From sequence record OL960577.1: a stretch of 64,000 nucleotides of DNA; one strand, written 5' to 3'. Made by a program: the position numbers and the translations under genes. The stretch comes from Escherichia phage vB_EcoM_SA35RD. Positions 38,081 to 47,953 of the stretch are shown here, one piece after another. The notes beneath the pieces were generated by a model, which was not told where the DNA came from, searched no databases, and saw only the letters and a list, made by a program, of their open reading frames with translations. Position 1 is the first letter of the stretch. Each line of letters begins with the position of its first letter.

Positions 38081-38325
38081 ATGTATTCTCTTCGAATGAA
38101 GTCCTCTACATATTTTAACATGTCATCTCTATCAGCAAAATATTCATCTAGTTCTGCATACATAACAACACCTGGGGCGTACTCACAGGTAACATACATT
38201 GTTCCAAAGAAACGAGGAGTTGATTCCTCGTAATTCTCAGTCCATTCAACGATACCAATATAACCGTCACCAATACTAAATTCGTGACGATGGATTTCAT
38301 AGTCAGTCTTCGTCATTATACGCAT
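38077..38325 (-). CDS. hypothetical protein
   Basis: 82 aa ORF. Confidence 0.4.
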   Translation of the reverse strand: MRIMTKTDYEIHRHEFSIGDGYIGIVEWTENYEESTPRFFGTMYVTCEYAPGVVMYAELDEYFADRDDMLKYVEDFIRREYI

Positions 38326-38560
38326 CCTCGATACATGCTTCAGCCATTTTAAGAATAGAGCCAGGAGTATCGTTGTCCATTATATTAAAGCTAAATTCAA
38401 TAGCCCAGTCAGTGCAGACATGAACTGCTTTAACTTCATTGCCTTCAACGCGTAATGGCTCAATCCAATACTTGATAGTGTTCTCGAATCCATCGTCATC
38501 TTTAACGTCCATTTCAACTTCAAGCCTGAGACCAGCATTGTTAAATTCATCTAAAGTCAT
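38303..38560 (-). CDS. hypothetical protein
   Basis: 85 aa ORF. Confidence 0.4.
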   Translation of the reverse strand: MTLDEFNNAGLRLEVEMDVKDDDGFENTIKYWIEPLRVEGNEVKAVHVCTDWAIEFSFNIMDNDTPGSILKMAEACIEDAYNDED

Positions 38561-39576
38561 TGTGTTGCCTCAATATAAAGTTCGTTGGAATATTTGACCA
38601 GCGCTTCTCTGTCTTCGTCTGAGATATCTGGAATCGCGTCAATATATTCTTTAATGATATCTTGAAGTGATTTAATCTCGATTTCCTGGTCGTCATCAGA
38701 TTCAACACTGTTATCAACTTTAGAAACCATACGAAGAGAGTGAACTACTTTTTCAAGTTCGGATTCAAACTTAGTCAACTCAGAATCAATTTCTGATACT
38801 ATAACACGTACGGCTAGATTAGTATAATCAGAATAATTGATTTTGCCTTTAAACGGATAAGTGATTCGTCGATGCCATGTTGTTTCATTAGGAATAAATT
38901 CCATACGTTCAACATCGGTGTCAAATACCCAGAATCCGCGCGGGTCGTTCTCATCACCTGCAGTAAGGGTCCATGGTGTCCCAATATATTTGACGTTAGC
39001 AGCTTCAGAGATTGTGTGGAAGTGGCCGGACCAGACTTGTTTATAAGTCTTTAAGAAATCAGGTTCAAGCCCATGAGACTTCATCCCTTTATAGAAATAA
39101 AAGCCATTCAGTTCCCAGTGCCCAACACAATACGCAGCAGAAGAAGTCTTGATGTGCTCTAAGATTTCACCTGTATTTTCTTCACACATCCATGGAACGA
39201 TATCAATCAGACATCCGTCAAAATCTACAGTAGTTGGATGCTCGTAAATAGTAAAGTTTTCAAATTGAGTTAACAATTCAGAAACAGTGTTAGGTGTTAT
39301 TGTATTCTTAAACGCCATGTCATGGTTTCCTATCGTGACATGAACGTGAATGCCTGCTTTAGAAATCATATCAACGATTTCACGATTGAATTCCATTGTA
39401 CGATGTGTTATTGCTTTACGGACGTCAAACCAATCACCGTACTGAATCCAAGTTTTAATCCCGTGTTTCTTAGAGTATTCAATTGCTTGACGAATACCAT
39501 CACGTTGAATATCTTGAACCCATGGGTCGTCTTGTTTGACTCCGATATGGAAGTCGCCTAAGTGCAAAATTTTCAT
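38557..39576 (-). CDS. 47: recombination nuclease subunit gp47 (Mre11/SbcD-like)
   Basis: 339 aa; phosphoesterase motifs HLGDFH, GNHD; synteny. Confidence 0.85.
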   Translation of the reverse strand: MKILHLGDFHIGVKQDDPWVQDIQRDGIRQAIEYSKKHGIKTWIQYGDWFDVRKAITHRTMEFNREIVDMISKAGIHVHVTIGNHDMAFKNTITPNTVSELLTQFENFTIYEHPTTVDFDGCLIDIVPWMCEENTGEILEHIKTSSAAYCVGHWELNGFYFYKGMKSHGLEPDFLKTYKQVWSGHFHTISEAANVKYIGTPWTLTAGDENDPRGFWVFDTDVERMEFIPNETTWHRRITYPFKGKINYSDYTNLAVRVIVSEIDSELTKFESELEKVVHSLRMVSKVDNSVESDDDQEIEIKSLQDIIKEYIDAIPDISDEDREALVKYSNELYIEATQ

Positions 39577-39622
39577 ATTATTTCCTCATTAGTTAATTCA
39601 TTCTATCATCCGTTTATAAAGC

Positions 39623-39648
39623 AAAAAAAGGAACTCCGAAGAGTTCCT
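39623..39648 (-). terminator. intrinsic terminator (UUCG loop + U7)
   Basis: AGGAACTC-CGAA-GAGTTCCT preceded by A7 on plus strand, upstream of gene 47. Confidence 0.55.
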
Positions 39649-39820
39649 ATCCACATAGTACACCGTACAGAGGCTCATTTGAACTTTTAAATCGAATGGG
39701 CTTGTATGTAATAGTTCCTTCGGCTTTAGCTTTATCATAAGACTCTTTAAAACGTCTCATTCTTTCTGCTTTGCCTTTACGGATTTTATCGAAATTTTCA
39801 GAAGTCGGGATGTTCGTCAT
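39647..39820 (-). CDS. small basic protein
   Basis: Hand translation MTNIPTSENFDKIRKGKAERMRRFKESYDKAKAEGTITYKPIRFKSSNEPLYGVLCG; followed by terminator hairpin. Confidence 0.3.
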   Translation of the reverse strand: MTNIPTSENFDKIRKGKAERMRRFKESYDKAKAEGTITYKPIRFKSSNEPLYGVLCG

Positions 39821-39859
39821 GCATAAGCACCTCTCAGAAAATGCCTAAATCAATTTCTC

Positions 39860-40081
39860 TCATCGTTTCCACCATTTCTTAACTTGAAATGAATCAACCC
39901 ACACGAGTTGTTTTGGGTCTGCCTTTACAATAGGCGGACAAATTTCTGTAATAGAACCGTCGTGATATTCCTTTTCAGAAATTTTAACACAAAGAGGACC
40001 TCCCAATTTAAGGGTGAACCCTGCGTTCAGCTTCAGACGTTTAAACTTTGTTTGAACTAGCGCCATTAATGATGTCCTCAA
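39860..40081 (-). CDS. hypothetical protein
   Basis: 73 aa ORF. Confidence 0.35.
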   Translation of the reverse strand: MRTSLMALVQTKFKRLKLNAGFTLKLGGPLCVKISEKEYHDGSITEICPPIVKADPKQLVWVDSFQVKKWWKR

Positions 40082-40364
40082 TAGCCTGACGAGTAGTAAC
40101 CCACTGGATTTTAATTAACTTGTCATTATATGGTTGTCGTAGAATATCCCGAGATTTCTTAATAGCATATTCGTAAGCTTCGAAGTTGTTTTGAATTGCT
40201 GCTTCTTGAGCATGAGCATAAAGACGGTTTAGTTCAAAACGATTCTTTTTAAGAATCTTTTCGGATTTTTTACGTGCTTCAGCTTCATTTTTCTTTTGGA
40301 TTTCTTGTAGCATTTTAGCTACTGCATCTTCTGCTTCTTTATTTTCAATAATCTCGGTAGTCAT
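40041..40364 (-). CDS. hypothetical protein
   Basis: 107 aa ORF. Confidence 0.4.
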   Translation of the reverse strand: MTTEIIENKEAEDAVAKMLQEIQKKNEAEARKKSEKILKKNRFELNRLYAHAQEAAIQNNFEAYEYAIKKSRDILRQPYNDKLIKIQWVTTRQAIEDIINGASSNKV

Positions 40365-40365
40365 A

Positions 40366-40575
40366 TTATCTCATTAAATTAAAATAAAAACGTCCATCCT
40401 CTTCAATACAGAACTCATATTCAACTGGAGTCCCGTTTATCGAAAATGACACGTCATGTGGGTTCAAAGGGTCGATGTCAAAATTAATTTTAAATTCACG
40501 ACCCAACAGTTTTACCAAATAAGGGATTGCTTCGTCAAAAGGTTCTTCTAAGTAGTTAGAGATGTCAATTGTCAT
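40366..40575 (-). CDS. hypothetical protein
   Basis: Start moved to internal Met near gp55 stop; start uncertain. Confidence 0.3.
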   Translation of the reverse strand: MTIDISNYLEEPFDEAIPYLVKLLGREFKINFDIDPLNPHDVSFSINGTPVEYEFCIEEDGRFYFNLMR

Positions 40576-41140
40576 CCTCATATAAAAAATCCAAACTAGG
40601 CGAATCGCTAACAACTTCCTTCTTTTCAGCCCCAGGAGCTTTATAAGCGGATTCTTCATAATGCGTCATTTTATCGTAGATGTCTTGAATAAACGTTTCA
40701 TCTACCAACGCTACCATATCATCGTCATGGCTGTCGTAGACATTATGAACGAAGTAACTATATTTCTTTGCAACTTCCTTACGTTCTTTTTTGATACGTT
40801 GGACAAAAGCATTAAAACAAGCTCGAGTTATGTATGCATGTGGGTTATTGTACTTAGTTTCGTCGAAATTATGAAGTCCCTTAATAGAGGCTTCAATCCC
40901 ATCTGCAATCATCTCCTGCTTCCAAGACTGGGTATATCCTGAAAAGTTGAAACGTTTGGACAGGCCTTCGGCGATAAGCATAATTGCTAAACCGATGGTA
41001 TCATTCTGACGAATAATTTTGTTTGGGTCTTTATTATTTAAGAGCTCCTTTTTCCACTCGATTATAGCGGCGAGAAGCTCTTTATTATTCACATAGTTAT
41101 TTTTAGGTTTTTGTTCAGTCATAAGTACCTCTTGGCTCAA
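40565..41140 (-). CDS. 55: late-transcription sigma factor gp55
   Basis: 191 aa; size and position downstream of 47; no a-gt between 47 and 55. Confidence 0.7.
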   Translation of the reverse strand: MSQEVLMTEQKPKNNYVNNKELLAAIIEWKKELLNNKDPNKIIRQNDTIGLAIMLIAEGLSKRFNFSGYTQSWKQEMIADGIEASIKGLHNFDETKYNNPHAYITRACFNAFVQRIKKERKEVAKKYSYFVHNVYDSHDDDMVALVDETFIQDIYDKMTHYEESAYKAPGAEKKEVVSDSPSLDFLYEDDN

Positions 41141-41194
41141 TTCATAGGTCTATTATATCATAATATTTAGAGACCTATCTTAAAGCACGAGATA

Positions 41195-41464
41195 CTATCG
41201 GAGCAAACAATAAGCCTGAAACACTTTTTCCATTAAACGTTTGAACTCATGGATATCGATATAAAGCTCAGTAAGACCGGCATTATAAAGAAAATCTAAA
41301 AAGTTCTCATGTGTTTCGTTATAGTCGCCTTCGTTTAATTGAGATACATGAGTTTCCCAAAAACCAACACCTTTAACGAATGGAAAATACGTGACTTTCA
41401 TGTATTCGTCAACATAAAATTCGCCCAGCTTTTCTTCAGTTATACTGATTCGAGTTAATTTCAT
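41195..41464 (-). CDS. hypothetical protein
   Basis: 89 aa ORF. Confidence 0.4.
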   Translation of the reverse strand: MKLTRISITEEKLGEFYVDEYMKVTYFPFVKGVGFWETHVSQLNEGDYNETHENFLDFLYNAGLTELYIDIHEFKRLMEKVFQAYCLLR

Positions 41465-41688
41465 TCTAGTTCCTTTGCTGCTTCAAGAGCAGCATCCAGC
41501 GAATCAAATTGGTCAACGAAATCAATATTCAACGCATCGTCAACCGTAGCATATAACCACCATTGTTTGAATTCGTATTCTAGAATAAATCCAGGACCTT
41601 CAATCTGAGGAAGACCTAGACTATTTGTACCAACTTCGTAACCAGCTAGACGCAGGTCATTAATCAAAGTTTCTGTTAATACGCTCAT
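41461..41688 (-). CDS. hypothetical protein
   Basis: 75 aa ORF. Confidence 0.4.
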   Translation of the reverse strand: MSVLTETLINDLRLAGYEVGTNSLGLPQIEGPGFILEYEFKQWWLYATVDDALNIDFVDQFDSLDAALEAAKELE

Positions 41689-42065
41689 TTTACCGCCTTA
41701 ACAATTTTAAGGTCAACGAATTTTTTCTTACGTTGATTTTTCATACGACGGATAGTCTTTTCAGAGATTTCATGTTTCTGATAAGCTTTAGATTCAACAC
41801 CAAATGCAGCAACGTCAAATTCAGAAAGAATATATTGTACTAGAATTTCACGAATAGAATTACGTCCAATTTTCTGGTCGTGTTTTTGCATGATTTCATA
41901 AAGACGGAATTCCCACGCGTCAAGAACTTGAGGAGTAACAATATTGCCGGATTCCAGAAGAGCAACAACTTTATCGAAAGCGAAAGAATTAACTACGTTT
42001 TTGATTTTAGTAGACATATTATTTTCCTCGGTTATTTTATTATCCAACGAGAGAATTATACTCAT
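41685..42065 (-). CDS. hypothetical protein
   Basis: 126 aa ORF. Confidence 0.4.
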   Translation of the reverse strand: MSIILSLDNKITEENNMSTKIKNVVNSFAFDKVVALLESGNIVTPQVLDAWEFRLYEIMQKHDQKIGRNSIREILVQYILSEFDVAAFGVESKAYQKHEISEKTIRRMKNQRKKKFVDLKIVKAVK

Positions 42066-42083
42066 CTCTCAAGAGTTTGTATA

Positions 42084-42323
42084 TTATTTTTTAAGCATGA
42101 AAAGTAAGTAATTTGTATCACGTGGAGTAATATCAACACCCATATCAAAGACGCCTTTATAGATTGGGTATTTGTTTTCGGTTGTATCGAAGCTGAAACT
42201 ATTTCCATCACAACTAACAGTAATAACATCTGTTAAAATGTCATACTCAATCCTAACAATTGAATCCCCAATTTTAACGTCGAGGTGTTTTTTGAATTTG
42301 ATAAAATCTAATTCTTGGGCCAT
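42084..42323 (-). CDS. hypothetical protein
   Basis: 79 aa ORF with promoter-like element upstream. Confidence 0.4.
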   Translation of the reverse strand: MAQELDFIKFKKHLDVKIGDSIVRIEYDILTDVITVSCDGNSFSFDTTENKYPIYKGVFDMGVDITPRDTNYLLFMLKK

Positions 42324-42386
42324 GATATTTTACTCATTTTAAGACGATAGGAAGATAATAACATGTCTTCCTATCGTTGTACATTA

Positions 42387-42599
42387 TTAACCGAACTTTT
42401 TAGCGCCTTTCCAGCCTTCATACATAACTGCACAAGTCAATAGTACAGCGTGCTGGCATTCTTTGTATTTGTAAACCCAGAACCAGCGTAAGAAGTCTTC
42501 ATCCTCAACGCCGTTGAGTTTCATATTGGCAAAGAATTCTGCACGTTCTTCACGAAGCTTTTGCGATAACATAGATTCAGGATTCATTTTGTGTTCCAC
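42387..42599 (-). CDS. hypothetical protein
   Basis: 70 aa ORF. Confidence 0.4.
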   Translation of the reverse strand: MEHKMNPESMLSQKLREERAEFFANMKLNGVEDEDFLRWFWVYKYKECQHAVLLTCAVMYEGWKGAKKFG

Positions 42600-42718
42600 G
42601 CCCCATTTTCATCGATGAACTTAATCCAGTCATTTACAGACCATTTAGTTGTATCACCCTTTGGATTAACATTTAAAGTGTATAATCCCTGCTTAAAAAG
42701 CATTCGTTTGATATTCAT
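42584..42718 (-). CDS. hypothetical small protein
   Basis: Internal start MNIKRMLF; uncertain. Confidence 0.25.
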   Translation of the reverse strand: MNIKRMLFKQGLYTLNVNPKGDTTKWSVNDWIKFIDENGAWNTK

Positions 42719-42725
42719 AATTTCC

Positions 42726-43019
42726 TCAACTGTAACGATAACATTCGTTAGCTTTACGTTTGGCTTCAGTATGAGAAGTATTATAATCATAATCTTCTTT
42801 ACTGTAAACATCTTTTTTCAACTTACGAACTTCTTTGCGGAGTTGTCGATTCATTTCATTCTTGACTTCAGAATCAACGCCTTTCATACGTTTCCATTTA
42901 TCTGAGCGGAAGATGTTTTCAACCATGTCTTTGTGGCTAACACCATCAGGAGCTTTACGCTTACCAAAATAGTCATAATCACGAACTTTCAAATCTTTAC
43001 GACGATATGTTTTACCCAT
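42726..43019 (-). CDS. hypothetical basic protein
   Basis: Start at MGKTYRRKDLK; Lys/Arg-rich. Confidence 0.35.
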   Translation of the reverse strand: MGKTYRRKDLKVRDYDYFGKRKAPDGVSHKDMVENIFRSDKWKRMKGVDSEVKNEMNRQLRKEVRKLKKDVYSKEDYDYNTSHTEAKRKANECYRYS

Positions 43020-43026
43020 AAGTACC

Positions 43027-43275
43027 TCAGAGGTTGATCGATACAACGCGTTTGATAAAATTCACTTCACTTACTGAAAGGTCTTTAAGACCGATTGATT
43101 CTAAACGCTGAGTAAGCGTCAACATCGGGATATAATCCCATTGAGTTTTATTTGCTTGATAAGTACGAACGCCATTAGCAATTTCAACATGCAAATCGGA
43201 AATGGTAATGAATACCGGATGCTCGTCATTAACTTTAAGGGTTAGAACAACCTTCTTTGAATCTAAACTAATCAT
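43027..43275 (-). CDS. hypothetical protein
   Basis: 82 aa ORF. Confidence 0.4.
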   Translation of the reverse strand: MISLDSKKVVLTLKVNDEHPVFITISDLHVEIANGVRTYQANKTQWDYIPMLTLTQRLESIGLKDLSVSEVNFIKRVVSINL

Positions 43276-43454
43276 GGCTTAATTTCCTTCGCAATTGAAC
43301 AGAAGATACTACGGTCACAAAGCATTTCACCAATTTCTGGATATTTGATTGAACGGTACCAAACATCCAGGCTTGAAATTCTGGTTATCCGTACTGCATT
43401 ACCATTGACAGAATAATACCGGTCAACCTTAATTTCTTTATCTTCAATTGTCAT
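43272..43454 (-). CDS. hypothetical protein
   Basis: Start at MTIEDKEIK after GGAAAATAAA SD. Confidence 0.35.
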   Translation of the reverse strand: MTIEDKEIKVDRYYSVNGNAVRITRISSLDVWYRSIKYPEIGEMLCDRSIFCSIAKEIKP

Positions 43455-43584
43455 TTTATTTTCCTCTATAGTAGATGGTTTAATCTTAACACATTTATTG
43501 AGGATGTAAACTGTTTTATGAAAATATTTTTTGATTTGAGAGGGGCACAAGGAGATAGTGAAGTGAAGATTCCAATGGATTATA

Positions 43585-43622
43585 TTAGAAATGAGATAAA
43601 GAAGACCAGGCGGCACCTGGTC
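43585..43622 (-). terminator. terminator-like hairpin after glutaredoxin-like gene
   Basis: GACCAGG-CGGCA-CCTGGTC overlapping stop codon, followed by U-rich tract on minus RNA. Confidence 0.4.
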
Positions 43623-43944
43623 AATCTTCTATGATATCAGAGTCATATCCTAATGAAATCAAGGACTTTTTAAACTCTGCAATATTCTTTTGTTTCTTAT
43701 CATTTAAAAATATGACAGGATAACGAATATTAAGTGAAGTGAATCCTGCACGTTTAGCAAGAGATACAATTAAAGGACGGTCATATTCAATCTTACCATT
43801 ATTAGTGAGGACTTTATAAAATGTATAAGGAGCATTGAGCTCCTTTAAAAGTTTTGTAACAGTATAACATCCTGGACAACGTCCAACTTCTTCAGGGATG
43901 CCATAGATTTCAATCTTGTTCTTTAAGTTCGAGTTTTGTTCCAC
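43621..43944 (-). CDS. glutaredoxin-like protein (NrdH-like, CPGC active site)
   Basis: Motif GRCPGCYT; no in-frame ATG after upstream overlap, so GTG start with AAGGAA SD proposed. Confidence 0.45.
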   Translation of the reverse strand: MEQNSNLKNKIEIYGIPEEVGRCPGCYTVTKLLKELNAPYTFYKVLTNNGKIEYDRPLIVSLAKRAGFTSLNIRYPVIFLNDKKQKNIAEFKKSLISLGYDSDIIED

Positions 43945-44227
43945 GAGAAATAATTCCTTGGTAAGCCCAATAAGGAGGATTAACAGAATCCTCACCAGAG
44001 TTTTCTTCAGGAAAATAAACCTGGATAACAAATCCAGACTCATCAAAGGTAAAATAAACCGTAGGCAGTTCACCTAACAAATCGGCACGAGCGTTGATTT
44101 CTTCGAGGTCTTGTTCACGCCCAGCCCAAAAACTAGGATTTAGATTACATTCGTAAAAATAATAGTCATTACCGAACATATCAAACCCCTTCCAACTCTC
44201 TACCACATACCGCTCAAAACTAATCAT
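43910..44227 (-). CDS. hypothetical protein
   Basis: 105 aa ORF. Confidence 0.4.
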   Translation of the reverse strand: MISFERYVVESWKGFDMFGNDYYFYECNLNPSFWAGREQDLEEINARADLLGELPTVYFTFDESGFVIQVYFPEENSGEDSVNPPYWAYQGIISRGTKLELKEQD

Positions 44228-44229
44228 AA

Positions 44230-44445
44230 TTAAGCCTTTTTATCAAGAACAGAATTCAGTTTATTAGTAATTTTGTCCAAACGTTCATTGAATTCGCTGG
44301 AGGATAAACCCTTTTCCGGAGAAATTAAACTAATCACGAAAAATACACCAGTAAAAGGAATAAGAAAAATAGCTCCAACTGCCATAAACAAAAAGAACGT
44401 TACAGTTGTAAGAAAATCAGCTAAACCTTTACGAAATTTGTACAT
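44230..44445 (-). CDS. hypothetical membrane protein
   Basis: 71 aa, hydrophobic core. Confidence 0.4.
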   Translation of the reverse strand: MYKFRKGLADFLTTVTFFLFMAVGAIFLIPFTGVFFVISLISPEKGLSSSEFNERLDKITNKLNSVLDKKA

Positions 44446-44555
44446 ATTTACCCTTAATTAACTAAGCATTGATAATCATTAAACTATATTGCGAATAAAA
44501 TTCTGGACCAAAACGAAAAATCATATCATTTATAGTATCCATAATGTAATTCAAT

Positions 44556-45026
44556 TTAATCATGTTTCCACACCCCATCGGTATTTGACCAAAGTCGCTG
44601 ATTATCTGATCCTCGCCACAGCTTTTTGGTCGGAAGATTTTTCTCATACTTCCCATCAATAATAACATCAACATATTTAAGCATTTCTAGTTGTTTAATA
44701 TCTTCAAACTTATATCCTGTCCACAACCAAATGCTTTTACTGGGATAAAGATTTTTTACTGTTTGAACAATGCAATGAATAACATCTCGATTATCAGGAT
44801 AGAGAGGGTCTCCTCCAGTTATAGTTAATCCTTCTATATAATCATTATTCAAACATTCAATTAATTGTTCTAGTGTCTCTCCAGTGAATGGAACACCGTT
44901 TCTAGCATTCCATGTTGATTTATTATAACATCCTTCACATTTATGCAAACAACCTGTAACGAAAAGAACGACCCTGCAACCAGGGCCATTCACAAAATCG
45001 CAAGGATAAAATCTATCATAATTCAT
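44556..45026 (-). CDS. nrdG: anaerobic ribonucleotide reductase activating protein (radical SAM)
   Basis: 156 aa; CLHKCEGCYN cluster; directly downstream of nrdD. Confidence 0.8.
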   Translation of the reverse strand: MNYDRFYPCDFVNGPGCRVVLFVTGCLHKCEGCYNKSTWNARNGVPFTGETLEQLIECLNNDYIEGLTITGGDPLYPDNRDVIHCIVQTVKNLYPSKSIWLWTGYKFEDIKQLEMLKYVDVIIDGKYEKNLPTKKLWRGSDNQRLWSNTDGVWKHD

Positions 45027-46840
45027 TGGTGTTTAACCCTATGCATGATTTCTTTATTTTTGCCAAGATTAAATCCGCGTTCGTTCGGATTTCCCAAATA
45101 ACCACAAGTTCTTCTTATTGTGTTCATCTTTTTAGGGTCAGTTTCTCCGCAAACTGAACAAACAAATCCGTTTTCAGTAGGAGTCATTTCATGGGTACTT
45201 CCACATGTAAAACATTTATCTACTGGCATATTAACACCAAAATAATCTAAATGTTGTGCGGCATAATCCCATACAGCCTCAAGACCTTTTAAGTTATTTT
45301 TCATATCAGGAAGTTCAACATAAGAAATGTGTCCGCCAGTCGCAATGAAATGATATGGGGCTTCGCGAGAAATCTTTTCAAACGGAGTGATATTTTCTTC
45401 TACTGAAACATGGAAACTATTAGTGTACCAGCCTTTATCAGTAACATCCTTTACACTTCCATATTTTTCAGTATCAAGTTTACAGAAGCGATAACAAAGG
45501 TTTTCAGCAGGTGTAGAATACAAACTAAAAGCAAAACCGGTTCTTTCAGTCCACTGTTTAAGATGAGCATTCATTTTAGTTAAAATTTCTTGTCCAATAT
45601 CACGACCGACAAGAATATTCAATTCGTGAATACCAATGTATCCTAGGGACACTGAACTTCTACCGTTTTTAAATAACTCAATTATATCGTCATCAGGTTT
45701 AAGACGAACCCCGAATGCACCTTCTTGGTAAAGAATAGGAGCAACAGTCGCTTTAACTCCTTTTAAGGAACTAATTCTACACATCAAAGCTTCAAAACAC
45801 AAATCCATTCGTTCATTGAACAATTCGGCAAATTTCTGTTCATTGAATTGTGTTCCAATATAAGAATCTAACGCAATGCGAGGAAGATTCAGTGTTACAA
45901 CACCAAGATTATTGCGTCCATCAAGAATTTCATTACCAGTCGAATCTTTCCATACACTCAAGAAACTACGGCAACCCATTGGAGAAACTGGAACTGAAGA
46001 ACCAGTAATAGCTTTATTATTCTTAACCGAAATAATGTCAGGATACATTCTTTTGCTTGCACATTCTAACGCAAGTTGTTTAATATCATAGTTCGGATCA
46101 TCTTTATAAAGATTAACACCTTCTTCAACGAACATAACAAGCTTAGGGAAAATAGGAGTTATTCCATCACGACCAAGGCCTTTAATGCGGTTTTTAAGAA
46201 TTGCTTTCTGAATCATTCGTTCAGTCCAGTCGGTTCCTGTACCAAATGTAATTGTTACAAAAGGAGTCTGTCCGTTTGAACTAAAGAGAGTATTTACTTC
46301 ATATTCATAAGCTTGGAATGCATCGTATACGTCTTTTTCTGTTTTAGATTGAGCATAATTCAACGCATCAGCGATTTGCCATTTTTCTGCATCTTCAACA
46401 TGTTTAGCGTATGTACGTTTAACATAAGGAGAAAGAACTTTATCGACATTTGCAAATGTAGTTCCGCCATACTGATGTGAAGCAACTTGTGCAGTAATTT
46501 GTGCCATAATTGCAGTAGCAACACCAATCGATTTAGGCGTTTCAATTTGAGCATTGCCTAATTTAAATCCATTCTCAAGCATCCCCTTTAAATCGACTAA
46601 ACAGCAATTGGTAAACGGAAGAGCAGGAGAATAATCAATATCATGCATGTGGATAATTCCACTTTCATGCGCATTCATAATAAAAGACGGGACCGTATTT
46701 TTGGCAATGTGCTTAGACACAATACCAGCCATAAGGTCCCGTTGAGTTGGAAAAACACGAGAATCTTTATTAGCATTCTCGTTTAAAAGGTCTTTATTAG
46801 TTTTATGAATTAATCCTTCAATTTCTTTTTCAATTTTCAT
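45023..46840 (-). CDS. nrdD: anaerobic ribonucleoside-triphosphate reductase
   Basis: 605 aa, uninterrupted; C-terminal zinc ribbon CFTCGSTHE...CSVCG and glycyl radical region RRTCGYLG. Confidence 0.85.
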   Translation of the reverse strand: MKIEKEIEGLIHKTNKDLLNENANKDSRVFPTQRDLMAGIVSKHIAKNTVPSFIMNAHESGIIHMHDIDYSPALPFTNCCLVDLKGMLENGFKLGNAQIETPKSIGVATAIMAQITAQVASHQYGGTTFANVDKVLSPYVKRTYAKHVEDAEKWQIADALNYAQSKTEKDVYDAFQAYEYEVNTLFSSNGQTPFVTITFGTGTDWTERMIQKAILKNRIKGLGRDGITPIFPKLVMFVEEGVNLYKDDPNYDIKQLALECASKRMYPDIISVKNNKAITGSSVPVSPMGCRSFLSVWKDSTGNEILDGRNNLGVVTLNLPRIALDSYIGTQFNEQKFAELFNERMDLCFEALMCRISSLKGVKATVAPILYQEGAFGVRLKPDDDIIELFKNGRSSVSLGYIGIHELNILVGRDIGQEILTKMNAHLKQWTERTGFAFSLYSTPAENLCYRFCKLDTEKYGSVKDVTDKGWYTNSFHVSVEENITPFEKISREAPYHFIATGGHISYVELPDMKNNLKGLEAVWDYAAQHLDYFGVNMPVDKCFTCGSTHEMTPTENGFVCSVCGETDPKKMNTIRRTCGYLGNPNERGFNLGKNKEIMHRVKHQ

Positions 46841-47310
46841 TTTAAACTCTTTCTAAGCTGCTTTTTGAATGAAGCTATTAATTGTGTTTTAGTATCAGAT
46901 TCATTATATTCAAATCCTCTTTGAAGCATCTCGGACATCATTTCCTCTTTACCTAGTCTTGAGAACTCTTTAGTTTTGTCTGGAACAAAATTAGGATGGA
47001 TATTATTATCAGAATAATCTTGTTTCAAATAAGCAAGAAGAGATTCAAGCCATTCGAGGTAGTCGACATCACGACCTTTAAGACCAGAACGGTTGAACTT
47101 ATGCTTCATTTGGCCTTCTGCTGCGTTGCACAGATTACAGAGTAACCCACGAACTCTACCTGCTTTTGGCCCGTTTAATTCGTGGTCGTGGTCAAGATGG
47201 TTACCTTGAACATCAGGGTCTAATTCACGGTGGCAAATAGGACACTTACCGTTCTGTGCATCATAAAATTTTTGTTTTTCTTCTTTGTATAATTTGCCAG
47301 ATAATAACAT
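46837..47310 (-). CDS. 49: endonuclease VII gp49 (Holliday junction resolvase)
   Basis: 157 aa; CPICHRELD...HLDHDHE...CNLCN zinc/His motif; TATAAATA late promoter upstream. Confidence 0.75.
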   Translation of the reverse strand: MLLSGKLYKEEKQKFYDAQNGKCPICHRELDPDVQGNHLDHDHELNGPKAGRVRGLLCNLCNAAEGQMKHKFNRSGLKGRDVDYLEWLESLLAYLKQDYSDNNIHPNFVPDKTKEFSRLGKEEMMSEMLQRGFEYNESDTKTQLIASFKKQLRKSLK

Positions 47311-47339
47311 AATAAACCCTTACCATATATAGATAAGGG

Positions 47340-47347
47340 TATTTATA
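47340..47347 (-). promoter_or_regulatory. T4 late promoter TATAAATA upstream of gene 49
   Basis: Exact TATAAATA on minus strand ~30 nt upstream of gp49 ATG. Confidence 0.45.
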
Positions 47348-47349
47348 AT

Positions 47350-47529
47350 TTAGTAAACGTTATAAAAGTCTCGATGAAAACGTTTATACTGTCGAATCAT
47401 TCTTTTAGTAGGACGTGTTACCGAAATGATTGAAGTCCTCATGTTCGGATTGTTTGGAGCCCCAATCATAATAAATTTCCAGGATTTTTGGCCGTTTGTT
47501 CTTTCGCCATAAAATAGTTCAGTTTTCAT
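47350..47529 (-). CDS. small basic protein, paralog of 47954..48124
   Basis: Hand translation MKTELFYGERTNGQKSWKFIMIGAPNNPNMRTSIISVTRPTKRMIRQYKRFHRDFYNVY. Confidence 0.3.
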   Translation of the reverse strand: MKTELFYGERTNGQKSWKFIMIGAPNNPNMRTSIISVTRPTKRMIRQYKRFHRDFYNVY

Positions 47530-47538
47530 AATAAACCT

Positions 47539-47952
47539 TTAACTTAAACGTCTTTCTAAATATTCAATGTATTCCGCTGCGGCTTGCATCAGATTACCTT
47601 CATAACCGTCATTATTTTCTTGGGCGGCTAATTTAGCTAAAGCATAAGAAATACGTTCACCTTCGAATTCGCCAAGTCCACCATCACAAACTACTTGGTC
47701 AATTTCTTCGAGTTCATCTATTGAATGGGATTCCCAGAAGCACCAAAGAGAAGTATCACGGTCATAGATGCAAAGTTTCTCACCTGTGTTCAACATCACT
47801 TCAATAATGCCATGGTCGCCATAACCATCTTCGGTAGTAGTACCAATTACCTTGATGATCGTATCTTTCTTTAATTCAGGAAACTTGACTTGTAGTTCTT
47901 CATCTTCTTTAACAATCTTGAACCATTTACCGCGAGTTTCAGAAATATTCAT
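47539..47952 (-). CDS. hypothetical protein
   Basis: Start moved to MNISETRGKW; flanked by two small paralogous ORFs. Confidence 0.4.
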   Translation of the reverse strand: MNISETRGKWFKIVKEDEELQVKFPELKKDTIIKVIGTTTEDGYGDHGIIEVMLNTGEKLCIYDRDTSLWCFWESHSIDELEEIDQVVCDGGLGEFEGERISYALAKLAAQENNDGYEGNLMQAAAEYIEYLERRLS

Positions 47953-47953
47953 A

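Noticed and set aside
44462-44674. 70-aa minus-strand ORF overlapping the 3' end of nrdG
   Set aside because: Overlaps a conserved radical-SAM gene in a different frame, with no independent signals.
45023-46840. Possible intron or homing endonuclease in nrdD, as in T4
   Set aside because: nrdD is one uninterrupted 605-aa frame; no HNH/GIY-YIG ORF interrupts it.
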